From assembly GCA_010405405.1 (NCBI GenBank), contig MU004238.1, positions 631,530 to 695,529 of the forward strand: a stretch of DNA of 64,000 bases, in the 5' to 3' direction. Under the pieces are notes generated by a model, which was not told the origin of the DNA, did not search any database, and was given only the letters and a program-made list of their open reading frames with translations. Both the position numbers and the translations under genes were made by a program. Positions 1 through 14,174 of the stretch are shown here, one piece after another; within the stretch, counting starts at the first letter, position 1, and each line of letters starts with the position of its first letter. The stretch is from Microthyrium microscopicum (Eukaryota).

Positions 1-1466
1 ATTGTAGATGATCAACGTTCAATGATAGCGATTGACGTTATCATATAGTACTTCTTTATATACATTGACATACAATCAGATTTCCGATTTTGATCATGTA
101 GCTTACTTCCGAAAACCTGCTTCCCAATATAAAAGAGACAAATGGTGAGCTTCGGATGAGAGCTAATGCAAGACTTCGGCTATACACACGATATGCGGCA
201 TCGGATAGCGGCAGCTTGCGAATTAGCTCGTGAGCCATCAACCCTCTTCTTACTTCGTGAGTCTGTCATTGTTACTTCGTACACCCCGCTGCTCATGCAG
301 TATCAAGCTTCGACGATATACTGTAGGTTACATTGTCACTTTGATTAGGTTACCTCGCCGATTGCTCTTGATGGTCATATCTGGCAGGCTATAATGTTTA
401 GCAAATTGCTGGTTCTTGATTGCATCTAAGGGGACAGAGTTCAAGACTTGGGGAATAGCTGATACAGGCTAAAAAAACATAATAAGATGAAAGCTCACGG
501 ATAGCAACACTCAATAAACAGATCAGAGGTTGGGCGACGAGCTAAGGTAGATTTACTTCATTTTATATCCTTGCCAGAAACCTCCTATTTTCCCAATTCT
601 AACCGCCTCACTCTCTCCACGAATTCTTGCTTCTTCCTTCTAGAAATTTGTAGTCCATAACATCTTCAAACTCACCGAAATGCGAGCGCCATCGCCCCAG
701 GAAATAACGCCGTAGTTTGACTTGGCGACGGCAAAACAAGTTAAGCAACACGCCATTTCGCGTGAGCCGCAATCTCACCACATCCACATGGCGCTTTCCA
801 CGTGCGGTCACTTTGAACTTTTCAACTTTTGAGCCTCTTCTTCTCCTTTTTCCTGCGGTTGCAAGCTGCCCAGTGGGAGCAGCCCAATCAAGCTCATTTC
901 AACCGCCTTGCCAAGACTGCTGACACCAGTCGCTAGTATTTGTGGCGCGCATGTTGGCGGTCTTGGAAAGGTCCATCTTGAATTCTTGATGGAGAATTGA
1001 TCGCGATGCGGCCGTGAGCCTGGTCCTTCTATTGATTCTAACGAATCATGATCGTTACCTTCCCATTTTTGAGCTTGTTGAAAACCGCAGAATACGATCG
1101 TGGAATAAATTCCCGTATTATCCGTGCCGCCATTTTTTGCCATTGTCCTTTGCTTTACATGATATTTCTTTACTGTAGCTGAATTGTGGTTTATATCGTC
1201 GCGACTGCTCAAAAACGAACTCCTTAGAAACGACCTCACATCTGATCTCATTCGACTAAACATTTATGTCTAGCGTTATGAGCATGATCTATGCCTTGAT
1301 ACCCTTTGCATTATATTCTTTAACCTCGATTTCCGCGTAAATCCTACACACCTTCAATTCTCGACCAGCATAATATCCGTCACTCGAGTGCTACAGCAGA
1401 CTTAGAGTATACCACCCATACCTAGGATTTGGAGCTCTCATATCAACAATTTCAGATACCCTCAAA

Positions 1467-1992
1467 ATGCGGTCGATCCTCCTGCTGAGTAAAGCGACTC
1501 TCTTCCTCCTTGCTATCCTAGTAGCATCTACAGCCGCCATACCGAATCCCTCTCTCTCAACAACAACCACATCGTGAGTCCACTACCCAAACAACAGCAT
1601 AAACAATCATTTCTGACTGACCACCCAGATCACCATCTTCCACCGTTGACGAGGCCCTCAGCACAACAACTCCAATCCCCACCAGCACACCCGCCTCCTC
1701 CGCGCTCTCCAGCGGCGCACTAGCCGGCATAATAATCGGCAGCATCGCATTAGTCGGCATAGTCGGCCTCATAGTATACCTCCATCAAAACGGCTGGCCG
1801 CCCCTCTTTCCCAGCCGGAAGCGCCATGACTGGCAGCCCGACGACGACGGAGAAGGATCACCCAAAAAGAGTGCGATAGGAAGAGCAAGTACGGCGGCGC
1901 GGAGGGCGAGTTTGAAGATCACGAGGCCGGGGAATGTCATAACGAAGGACTATGCGTCTATGACGGATGAGGAGGGTCATGACGGGGTGTAG
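1467..1992 (+). CDS. Small type I membrane protein (signal peptide, Ser/Thr-rich stalk, one TM helix); 2 exons
   Basis: Manual splice: MRSILLLSKATLFLLAILVASTAA..., intron GTGAGT..CCCAG, then S/T-rich segment, GALAGIIIGSIALVGIVGLIVYL, basic RKR, TAG at 1990-1992. Not in the ORF track. Confidence 0.75.
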
Positions 1993-2449
1993 AAGGAGTA
2001 GGTGGGGGTAGTGCTATATAATAATGTTTACTATGATTCGTGGTTATTATGGTTGGTTATGGTTGATGTGCTGAGAAAATGAAGGGAATGAATGGCGCGC
2101 TGCCATCAACTACGGTGTGGGCATTTCAGATCGAAAAGATGCTTTGAAGCCGAGCGCATTTGAATGACATACATCAAAATAGTTAAGAGTTTGAGTAAAA
2201 TTCGAAAGAAGGTAAAGAAGCTGATAGAGGCTGGCCGGTTATTTTGTGCATCAACTACTGACCATCGGAATTGTTCATAATATTGCAAAAGATATCGTCG
2301 GATGCGTGTAATGATATAAATTTCTCTTTACTGATGAGCGTGAGCTCAGATGAGTGATGGAATAAGTGACCATCTAGTCCGTTTGATGCTTCTATATATG
2401 GAGCTTACTATAATAATACAACAGAGTCTAATTCCTGGATCTAAGATTC

Positions 2450-4078
2450 TTAACCCAACCCGGCCCTTGAGAACCACATAACTTGCTCAACGGGCTCGGT
2501 TCGTCCTTTGTTCTCCATGGATCCAAGGCCTTGACCATCTGTCCAGCCCATTTTCTCCATCATCCGCTTGGCGTTGGTAACACCCTTTCCAGTTCCAGTG
2601 CCTATTTCTGGGGCTCCAGCTCCTATGGTCTCGCCCGGTCGAACCTTGACATTCTTGTGGCCGGAGGATGATGCCATTCTATACGGCCTCGATATGCCCG
2701 CGGGCTGCTTGACATCGGCGCGAGGAAAGAATGATCGTCTAGCGGATCGCTCGAATTGGGCAAACACTTGATGGTCAAAGCCAAAGCCTCGATGCTTTTT
2801 GGTGACGACCACATAGCGTTTTTCAGCCTTTCCAAAGCTCTTAGACTTGAGGCCGAGTTTGTTGATGAATGAGTGCAATGCCTTACGTGCCCACGGATCG
2901 AATGGAGGGAGAGCAAGTGATATCTGATCAGACTCGCAAAACTCTCGAAACTCGAACCGCAGTTCATCAATGTTCATGCCTCGTGGATATCGTTCTTTCA
3001 GGTCGCCATGCGATGGATTTGGACCCTCATCATCTGAATCCTCTTGAGTCCTCTTTTTCTTCTGGAATTTGAGGAGACCTGCTTCGCGCAATGCTTCGCG
3101 TTCTTGTTTTCTTGCCTTCTTTTTGGCTCTATCATTGCTCCAAGTAGACAACATCTTTTGTTGTAGCTCTTCGTCTGATACTTGGGGAACGGCAAGTTTT
3201 CCTTTCTTTTGTCGCTTGCGTTGAGGTCGATCCAGATTCATAAGATCCATGGCATCGAGCGGAACTCTATTCACTTGGGCATTGATGGCATCCTGGAGAA
3301 AACCCAAACCGTTGTTGTCTGCTTCATTCAGATCGTCGTCGTCACTTTCTTCGTCGTCTTCGCTTTCACTATCCTCATCGACGACTGGAACTTGATCTTG
3401 AACGACCTGCTCTGCCCAAGGATCGGCGAGCATCTGAAATACACTACGTCTGTCAGGTAGCTGCTTGGGTGCCCACTCAGAAGATTGTTCAAGCTTGGTC
3501 TGGTCTGCCCACGGGTCGGTAGATATCTGAAATGCAGTAGGCTTGTCAGCTAGCTGCTTGGGCACCCATTCAGAAGCTTCAACGAATTCGACGATTTTAG
3601 TTTGTTTGGTCTGTTTAATATTCTTCCCTCCTGGTAGGTTACGAATGGTCATCTCTTCGGTCAAGACACGGCTGTTGGACACCTGCATCTGAACGAGATC
3701 ATCTCCGCTTGAGGTTTCATATCGAACATCGTTGCCATCATCAAGTCCCATATTTCGATTGGCAAATGCAAATTTGAGGTCAGAATCGGATGTATTGTTG
3801 ATGTAATCTTGGATGATCATGTCATCTTCATCGTCTTCGTCTTCGCTCTGTGGTACCGGAGGTGGAGGGGCTTTGTGTTTGCCTTTGGTAGGTCTCGCTT
3901 TACGCGGTGTTCTCGTTTTACGTGGTGTTGACTGTTTGCCCTTTCCCTTTGCAGGTTTTGTCGAAAATGTCCAATCCGAGTTGTCATCGTCCTCTTTCAT
4001 CGCCGCTAGACGGGCCTCGGGGTCCTTGCCAGTGAATAATATCTCATCGTCAGATGGTATTAGTTCCGAGGAGTCCAT
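2450..4078 (-). CDS. SQS1: R3H + G-patch domain protein (Sqs1/Pfa1-like)
   Basis: 542-aa ORF with R3H-like segment (PPFDPWARKALHSFINKLGLKSKSFGK) and C-terminal G-patch (AKRMMEKMGWTDGQGLG). Confidence 0.8.
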   Translation of the reverse strand: MDSSELIPSDDEILFTGKDPEARLAAMKEDDDNSDWTFSTKPAKGKGKQSTPRKTRTPRKARPTKGKHKAPPPPVPQSEDEDDEDDMIIQDYINNTSDSDLKFAFANRNMGLDDGNDVRYETSSGDDLVQMQVSNSRVLTEEMTIRNLPGGKNIKQTKQTKIVEFVEASEWVPKQLADKPTAFQISTDPWADQTKLEQSSEWAPKQLPDRRSVFQMLADPWAEQVVQDQVPVVDEDSESEDDEESDDDDLNEADNNGLGFLQDAINAQVNRVPLDAMDLMNLDRPQRKRQKKGKLAVPQVSDEELQQKMLSTWSNDRAKKKARKQEREALREAGLLKFQKKKRTQEDSDDEGPNPSHGDLKERYPRGMNIDELRFEFREFCESDQISLALPPFDPWARKALHSFINKLGLKSKSFGKAEKRYVVVTKKHRGFGFDHQVFAQFERSARRSFFPRADVKQPAGISRPYRMASSSGHKNVKVRPGETIGAGAPEIGTGTGKGVTNAKRMMEKMGWTDGQGLGSMENKGRTEPVEQVMWFSRAGLG

Positions 4079-4870
4079 TGCTTTCTCATGTATAGAAATG
4101 CGGACCAGAGCAATGAAGCATATGAGCAGGCAAAAATAGGAAAAAGAGTGTTGGTGTATAAAATTGGCGAGTTTTCAGGAGATGGAGATGTAGATGACTC
4201 TCAGACTCTAAAATAACCTCTGGCTTGTCCCCACCAATGGCTGCGGCTTGCTCTTACCAACACTTCTCAACACTCTTGAGCAAAAGATGCTATTTCCCAT
4301 CACACTCCATAAATGGTCAGGAAATCAACATATATTGGGCATTCGATAACACAGTCTGGCAAATGGACCATGGAATTTGCCGAGGGCACGCCAGTTGACT
4401 TGCCCATATGACATGGAGTATCCGTAATTGATGGCTCTCACTACAATTAGCGAGTGGCATCGCTAAATTATAGCGGGCGAAGCCGTCAAACGGACACTTG
4501 GTCGCCCCCACTGGGCAGTGGGAGGTGGCCCTCACCGCCATCTCTCGACTTGATCTGAGCTTCCCCATACATCTCTACTCCGCCATCACCAAGCTCCTCT
4601 TACTGCATGAGCCTCATGTAACTGCCTTTCTATCGCTCAAATATCTCACAATCTACATTTTACCTACTCTCCATAAACCATATCAGTTCCTCCTCCAGCT
4701 ACTTCTTCCTTCCTCTGATATCTCCACCACGTCCTCCCAATCCCTTGATCTGTCCTGCTGCCTACTACCTCTTAGCATCTTGTGACTCTCCTCTTACGCC
4801 TCCCTCCACCCTGCTCTCCATACTCCATTTCTGGCCTCCAAGATATCTATAGCGGCCATAGCACTAGAGC

Positions 4871-6341
4871 ATGGCCGAAACTGAATTGGCCCGCTATGGC
4901 CGCAAAGTCATGAACTTCTTCTTTGACAGCATGCCCCGCAACGACGCTCATCCCGGTACTCCCATCTATCTCCTGGGTCAACGTTACGATAACCCTCTAC
5001 CCCCGACTACCGAAACAAACGTCGAACCCGTCATAATAACTGCCTCTGTCCATTCCCCTTCCGAAAGTACTGCCCAAGGAAGCGAGTTGACCTCTGAACC
5101 CGAAGAAATTACAAAGAGCCAGATAGAAACACATTCGCAGACCCAAGAGAGCCATATCACCGATAAAAACAAGGAAGATGACGGTGGCTGGCCAGCACCA
5201 TTTCTCGACGACTTCGAATCCAAAGTTTGGATGACGTATCGCTCAAACTTCCCTCCTATACCAAGATCTCAGGATCCCACGGCTACTGTGTCCTTCGCTG
5301 TAAGATTAAAGAATCTTGGAAACCAAGAAGGATTTACATCTGATACGGGCTGGGGTTGCATGATTAGATCAGGACAAAGCTTGCTAGCAAATGCATTGGT
5401 GTTTACTGAGCTTGGGAGAGGTAAATCGTCTATTTGGCAACAAGAGAGGCACGGACTAACTCTCGGTAGACTGGCGGTTTGGAACTGACAATGAACGAGA
5501 AAAGAAAATCATATCCCTATTCGCCGATGATCCGACAGCACCATTCTCGATTCATAAGTTCGTTGGTCATGGCGCTGCGGCTTGTGGAAAACACCCTGGA
5601 GAGTGGTTTGGACCTTCTGCAGCAGCACGTTGTATCCAGTGAGTTACGAATGGATCAAAAAGATAAACTATTGACAGTCTTAAAGGGCGCTGGTTAACAG
5701 GCATCATGATACAAACATGGCAGTATACATTACAAGCGACGGGTCAGACGTTTACGAGGACGCGGTCTTTCGGATTGCTACCGCAAAAACCGGAACATTT
5801 CAGCCAACAATGCTACTGATAGGGACGAGATTGGGTGTGGATCGCGTAACTCCAGTTTACTGGGAAGCACTGAAAGCAGCGCTCCAAATGCCGCAATCCA
5901 TCGGTATTGCTGGGTAAGCTAACCAAAATTTCAAGATATGGGCTTTACTAACCAAGTTATAGTGGCCGACCATCATCGTCACATTACTTTGTCGGCAACC
6001 AAGGCAATGATTTCTTCTACCTCGATCCACACAACACTCGCCCCGCCCTTCCTCTACATTCCACTCCAGCAGACTATGTTACCGAGGAGATCATGTCATG
6101 CCACACGAGACGTCTACGCAAGCTCAGCATCAGTGGAATGGATCCAAGCATGTTGATTGGCTTTTTGGTCAAGGATGAAGAGGACTGGCGCAAGTGGAGA
6201 GCTGGGGTGTCTCAGGTTCCTGGAAAGCCTATCTGTCAAGTTCATGATCAGGAAAATGTTCATGCCAGCGTGGTTACGGAGCGCGAAGGCGCAATTGATG
6301 AGGTGGAGACGTTTGATACAGAGGAGGACGATGAATTTTAA
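4871..6341 (+). CDS. ATG4: Autophagy cysteine protease Atg4; 4 exons
   Basis: [28 protein letters not shown] (catalytic Cys), YLDPH and MDPSMLIGF motifs joined across three GT-AG introns. Confidence 0.95.
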
Positions 6342-6841
6342 TAAACATCAATTAAGCGCAAATCTTCATTCATTTTTGCGATTGGCAGCTTTCTGTGAAT
6401 TTGAGCGTCGCGTGTTGACTTCATGTGACGTTCAGATGTTGATAAAGTCTCGAGCTCCAATCAATCGCGTCAACAACTTGGATTTCGCGTCACGACGCGC
6501 TATTGAACCTACCATTCTTTGGAGACGTGAAACAGTGCGATATGAAGATTTTACAATTGCAAATACAATGCACAAATCACAAGAGAAAAGAGTGGAAAAT
6601 ATGTAAGTAATTCATGGGAAAGCAATGCTCTCATTTCATTTCTTTCCGGAGCAGTATAATACACGCTCAAGCCCCAGCACCATTCCAAGAATTTGGGGTC
6701 TCATTGAAAAACCCAACCCATGACGCATTAGCAAGTAGACCGGAACACCAATAACCCGAACCGCATGCTCGCCAGGCCAGTTCATCATCAGTACATGAAG
6801 CCCGAACGAGAGAAAACAAGCCAAAACCCAAAGCAATCCGT

Positions 6842-7370
<529 letters not shown>

Positions 7371-8083
7371 TTCGATGGATTTTGAAGTTGAGAGATGGGT
7401 TTGAGAAAGTAAATTGAGTATGAGAGATGAATTACGATGTTAATCGATGAATGCGAGTGGTAATGCGGGTGTTGGAGACGAGAGATGGAGAAGAAAGAGG
7501 GAGAGGAGGGAGAAAGCTGGGGGGGAAGGCTTCTTATGGGGCAGCCCAAGATTTGTTGATGCGCCTGGTAGTGACTGACGCGCTAACGTCGAGCGCGCAG
7601 CTGTTGTTGGTGGCCAGCAGCAACTTCGGTACACTATCATTGGCTGGTCGTGGTACACTAAGCAGCCAGGGCCAATCGCGCTCCCCAAACATTACAGCCT
7701 AGCCTGCCTGTTGTATTGTATGCTGCCAGTCTGCGCGCAAGCAATTCTACCACGCGCGCGCAGATTGAAATGAATATTACAGTAAATACAAACATCAGGC
7801 AGTAGTTTCTGTATAGTATTTGGCAGCCTAAATGTATAATTCACTGCTTGAAGCAGTGATATGCACAATCCTCACCGCGTTTCTGTACTCAATTGCTGCA
7901 GTCTGCTGGGACTCGCAGAGCTTCCTGCCCCTCGGGGCCCAAGCTCAACTGCTCGGTACCAAACACATACCTGCCCTAATGGGTTTAGCGCGCCGCGACA
8001 TTCAGCATGTTTACCTGGTGGTGTTCACTAGCGTCCCAAGCAGCTTCCAACGTGATGTGCCGGTCACCGCGACGCCCTTATAA

Positions 8084-8974
<891 letters not shown>

Positions 8975-9375
8975 TGAAAAGGATGAATTGAAACGATGAA
9001 TCATTAACTTGCTTTCCCATAACATTTGCGCGTTTTTCTATCTTGAGTGATTTTGTGATTATTTATGCAATTACAATGATGTTTTCCGTCTTTGACATTT
9101 TGGCATTTTATGCGCTTGGGATTGATTCGAAGTTTACCCAGAAATATTCTCCATCGCTTCATTCCACGTGTCTGACAGCGCGCGATATGAAAACAGACGA
9201 AGCAATTTACATGGTAAATTCATTGGATTTCCAGTCTACAAGCTAGGCCTCATATCTCTCAAAGTCGCGACATACATTCTATAGTGACAATGGCAGGAAT
9301 GGTTTTTGACTTGATTCATTGACTAGATTACAGGGTTTCTGCTCGTCCTTCCCAATAAGTTCTCTCGGTCCCAGT

Positions 9376-9899
9376 CTATATGTCCATCTTTGGTGGAGCT
9401 GTGCTCGAGTTAGCAATGTACAATATATCATTGGTATTCTTGGTGGACGTACGGTCGAGTATTGGTGGAGGCAGGTTACGCTCGAATTTGGAGCCTGAGA
9501 AAAGGTTAGCAGAAGCTATGTTTTCAAACAGCTGATCAACATACCTCCCGGTGCAGTAGGTATTCTGATGGGCTCTGGGTGTCTGTATTCTCGCAGTATC
9601 TTCTCGGCTTCTTCGACCAAGGCCTGGTGGCCAGAATCAGCTCATGTACAATATGTAGTCTCAAACCCATACCCTCTGTGTCCGCTGATCCCTCACATCC
9701 TTCTTTGCTTCAAATAGTCCTCGAAGGTAAAGCGCTTGGCCTCTCCAGGCACTTCTTTGTACTGTCCAATCGAGCGAAGTCTTGAGGGCGCGTCGGTAGA
9801 GTGACCTGGATAGGAGTCAGTATGTGGCTTCGCTGACCATATTCGCGAGACCAATGACTCAACTTACAGCACTCGTTGTCTATGGGTAAGCTGTATCAT
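9376..9899 (-). CDS. NDUFB9: Complex I LYR-family subunit NDUFB9/B22; 5 short exons
   Basis: Manual splice: MIQLTHRQRVLSLYRRALKTSLDW...LRGLFE...HPEPIRIPTAPGGSKFERNLPPP; all introns GT-AG. Not in the ORF track. Confidence 0.9.
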
Positions 9900-10281
9900 T
9901 GTTCCAGCAATTGCGACTGTGTCTCGATGTGGTGTAGAGAGCTGTTGACGAAGGAGGTTGAAGAGGCTCGCTAGATTATGTCAGCATTGGCTTAACCAAG
10001 CTAAGCTCTCCAGGTCCTGGATCCGTACCAAGCCTCCAGCACCCTTTTACTCTTTTCACATCCAGCTATACCTCTCTGCTTCCCGGCTCGTTTCTCATTT
10101 TGCGGTCGCTCGACTGTTTCTTTGGCTGTGCTCTGAGTTCTTGTTAAGCCAATTTGTGCTCGCGACCCCTCTGCGACTTTTCAAGGTCCCAAGCCTATCC
10201 TCATTCGCTCTCGTCAACCTCATCACCTTTCAGACTCATTGTCATCGATCACAAGCTTCAGCTCTACGGACTCAACCCAAT

Positions 10282-11748
10282 ATGCTTTCCCGAGCTCTAT
10301 ATCGAACCGCGATCGGTATCGCTTCGCCTAAGCGAGTACCGCATCAAGTCACATCTTTCCTCTTCCAGTCGCAATGTCATCTCCGATACGCATCAACAGT
10401 TGTCAAAGTGCCTCAAATGGCAGAGTCTATCACAGAAGGAACACTAAAACAGTTTTCGAAACAAGTGGGCGACTATGTTGAGGCAGATGAAGAGATTGCC
10501 ACTATCGAGACCGACAAAGTATGAGCTCTCCGAATCGAAGAAGCCCTCAAGAACTATTGCTTACGCTTAACAGATCGATGTAGCCGTCAATGCGTCCGAG
10601 GCTGGTACAATTACAGAACTTTTAGTTGAGGAGGAAGCGACTGTTACCGTCGGTCAAGAAATTGCTCGTCTGGATACCGGTGGCGAGAAACCCGCCGCGA
10701 AAGAAGAGAAGGAGCCAGAGCAAAAGTCGGAACCAGAGCCGAAGAAGGAAGAGAAGAAAGAAGAGAAGAAGGATGATACTCCTCCTCCGGCTCCAAAACA
10801 AGAGCAACCCAAGGAGGAGAGTAAACCAGCTCCATCACCGCCCAAGCAAGAGAAGAAGCCTGCTCCACCTCCACCGCCACCATCAAAGAAAAGCGAACCT
10901 TCCAAGGATGATGGTGAAAAGAAGTTTACGCTTTGGAGTCGTGATGAAAGACGTGTATGTGCCCAAACTTTGTGCACGGCGACATCGACTAACTACTTTT
11001 TCAGGTGAAAATGAACCGAATGCGACTTAGAATTGCCGAACGTCTAAAGCAAGCCCAGAACACCACAGCCTCCCTTTCTACGTTCCAAGAAGTTGACATG
11101 TCATCTCTCATCGAATTTCGCAGCAAGTACAAGGATGAATATGTGAAGAAGACTGGCATCAAGATTGGTTTCATGGGCGCGTTCGCTAGAGCTTGTACAC
11201 TTGCCATGAAGGACATTCCCGCTGTTAACGCAGCTATCGAGGGTCCAAATGGAGGTGATACTATTGTTTACCACGACTATGTGGACATCAGTGTTGCTGT
11301 CGCCACTGAAAAGGGTCTGACTACTCCTGTGGTTCGCAACGTGGAGTCTTTGAACATGTTAGAGGTTGAAAAGGTCATTTCAGACCTTGGCAGGAAGGCT
11401 CGCGACAACAAACTCACCATTGAGGATATGGCAGGCGGAACGTTTACCATCAGTAACGGTGGTGTCTTTGGATCTCTCATGTCCACACCCATCATCAATC
11501 CCCCTCAAGCTGGTCAGTATATTCCCCTCTCTCTATGTTTCTTTGACTAACTTGCGTGTTCAGCTGTCCTTGGTCTTCACGCAATCTTCAATCGCTGTGT
11601 GCCAATCGATGGCAAAGTTGAAATACGGCCAATGATGAACATTACCCTTACGTACGATCATCGCCTGATTGATGGCCGGGAAGCAGCAACCTTCTTGGTT
11701 AAGGTGAAGGAGTACATTCAAGACCCACGCAGAATGCTACTGGGTTAA
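10282..11748 (+). CDS. KGD2: 2-oxoglutarate dehydrogenase E2 (dihydrolipoamide succinyltransferase); 4 exons
   Basis: Mitochondrial presequence, lipoyl domain [11 protein letters not shown]...IETDK, P/E/K linker, [26 protein letters not shown]. Confidence 0.96.
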
Positions 11749-12752
11749 TTTACGGTTGACAAGGTTATGAAGTTCATGCGAGATAAACTTCATGACATTT
11801 TGATGTGGTTTGGGGCATGGAGTGGTTGTATTGTAAAATGAGCTGTCTATGAAGGAAGTGTAATAATACCTTTACTATCAAACGAATACATCTCCAGTTT
11901 GATTGTATGTCGTGTATATTTCACGAGTGTGCTGGCTGGCTGATCATAAGTTTGGGTTGTCATGACGAATGGGTGTCATTCACGGCATGTTCTTGACAAT
12001 TCTGGTCTGCTGCTCAATTGGACTGATTCTCTGTTTCTATTGTTTCTCTTCATCATTAGACTAGGATCCAACGTCTTCTTATCCGTATACTGGGTTTTCC
12101 ACCGATATTCAATCGTTCTGCTTTTTCGTGGTGGCAGTATATGGCAACATTCTCTTGAAGCATGCCACAAAGTATAATGTGAGGGTGATCTGATAGCCAT
12201 ACGGCTCGATCAACTGCCTGAATGCAAGGAATGCAACCGCTATACTCATATGAACCTACTTTACGTCTCGGTCTGATATGAGGGCGCGAGTCGTTTTGAA
12301 TTCTAGATGTTAGTGTCGATCGCGATGTTGCTTCATTGTTTGGCAGTATGGGCTGCTTCCTTGGTTGAGCGTTGCTATATTATCTGGTACTTTCTATTCT
12401 ATATCTAATCTGTACATACGGATGTAGTTGAGCTATAACCCATCTGGTTCTATTGTATATCGAAAGGTGTTTCATGGCTATACCATGAGCAAAAGTACTT
12501 GGATAAGTTGAACATGATCGAACTTATTTTATCTGATTTAAAATAGACCCGAAAATGTGAACTTCCAGATACACGAACAATTTCAACTCCAACGCCCAAG
12601 TGTCTACTATCAATCGGTTCAGCAAAATTCCCCGATTATTTTAAAGTTATATTACCATCAGCTACGATTATGGTTGACGGAAACAGTGGAATATCTCGAG
12701 AAAAGTTTTAAAACCCAGCCTTGAGCAACAATGGGAGTTGACCAATCAGAGA

Positions 12753-12781
12753 TGCCGAGGCGATTTGATTGACCCTCGGCA
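12753..12781. promoter_or_regulatory. Inverted pair of CCGAGG/CCTCGG motifs (FarA/FarB-type site) next to a CCAAT box
   Basis: TGCCGAGG-N13-CCTCGGCA about 130 bp upstream of the SDR start codon; CCAAT at 12742. Confidence 0.5.
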
Positions 12782-12908
12782 ACACTCCCACGTCAGATTG
12801 ATATCTCCTCATGCAAGCGGAGACTGAGGAGTCGAGATCAGTAACTGCAATTCCGAGCATTTGAAGTGCTACTTCATATCATTATACATTGACATTCACT
12901 TTTACAGC

Positions 12909-13990
12909 ATGACTTCGGCAGCCGACCTCACCGTGAACTCCTTGTTCGATTTCCGCAACCATGTGGTTCTCGTTACAGGTGGAGCTACAGGATTGGGTGA
13001 GATGGCCGCTCAAGGATTCATCCAGAATGGAGCAAAGGTTTTCATTGCTAGTAGAAAGGAGAGCGAGCTACAAAAGGTAGGCACTCACCAATAGAAATTT
13101 TCAACAGATAGAACAACAAGGGAGACTGATTACTGACGGATACGTAGACCTCAGCTCGTCTAAACTCGATTGGACCTGGCAAATGCGAATACATTGTCTC
13201 GGATCTGAAAGATAAAGCTGGTGTAGATTCTCTTTGCGCCGAGTTGAAGAAGCGAACCGACCGCCTCACTGTCCTTCTCAACAACTCTGGCGCAACCTGG
13301 TTTGTTTACATCAAAACTTTGTGAATACAGGCTGACCCAAAGCAGGGGTGGATCATATGCAGACTTCCCAGAGAGTGGCTGGGACAAGCTGATGGCTTTG
13401 AATGTCAAGTCAATGTTCTATAGTAAGCCTTTTGCTTTCCATTATACGAATGGTATTAACATATCACAGCTGTTGTTGGGTCAGTTCATCAGAGCATCTG
13501 GCTTCACATGTACTGACAACCAGGTAGACTGGAAGACCTATTGAAGAAAGGAGCTTCTTCAGACACACCATCTCGTGTTATCAACATCGCTTCAGTCGCA
13601 GGTCTCATCACTCGTGATCCAACTTCAGGATCTGGTGGCGGTCTCGCTGCTCCAGGAACTGGCACTTACTCATACGGACCATCCAAAGCTGCATGTATCC
13701 ACCTCTCCAAGATGCAAGCATCAAAGCTCGCCCCACACAACATCATGGTGAACTGCGTCTGCCCAGGTGTATTCCCTTCGCGTATGACCAGCTTTGGCGT
13801 GGATAAGTACCTAGACACACTTCTCGAAGGACAACCCACCGGTCGTATTGGACAACCCTCTGATTTCGCTGGATTGATATTGTTCTTGAGCAGCAGAGCT
13901 TCGGCACATATCACTGGAAACGTAATCGAAATCGATGGTGGCAGTATGGTCAGTGGCTGGAGGAGATCGGCAGCTAAAGCTAACATGTAA
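12909..13990 (+). CDS. Short-chain dehydrogenase/reductase (RhlG-like); 5 exons including a 10-nt micro-exon
   Basis: TGGATGLG Rossmann motif, NNSG, YGPSK catalytic motif; C-terminus KANM. Confidence 0.9.
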
Positions 13991-14174
13991 TACCATCATC
14001 ATTTTTTTTGAGTACACTGTTGGTTGTTTTTTTGGATTGTAGATACAACGCAAGATTCTGACAAAGCGAAAAGCGTACGAAATCATTTACATCGAGCATT
14101 GTTTTTGTTCTTTCTTTTTTTCCAATTTTGGATAAGCGTATGTCTTGATCTTTACTCTTTCAAAGATTTCATAA

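Noticed and set aside
608..1263. Two short minus-strand ORFs as a gene
   Set aside because: No recognisable domain or convincing splice model; possibly a pseudogene fragment.
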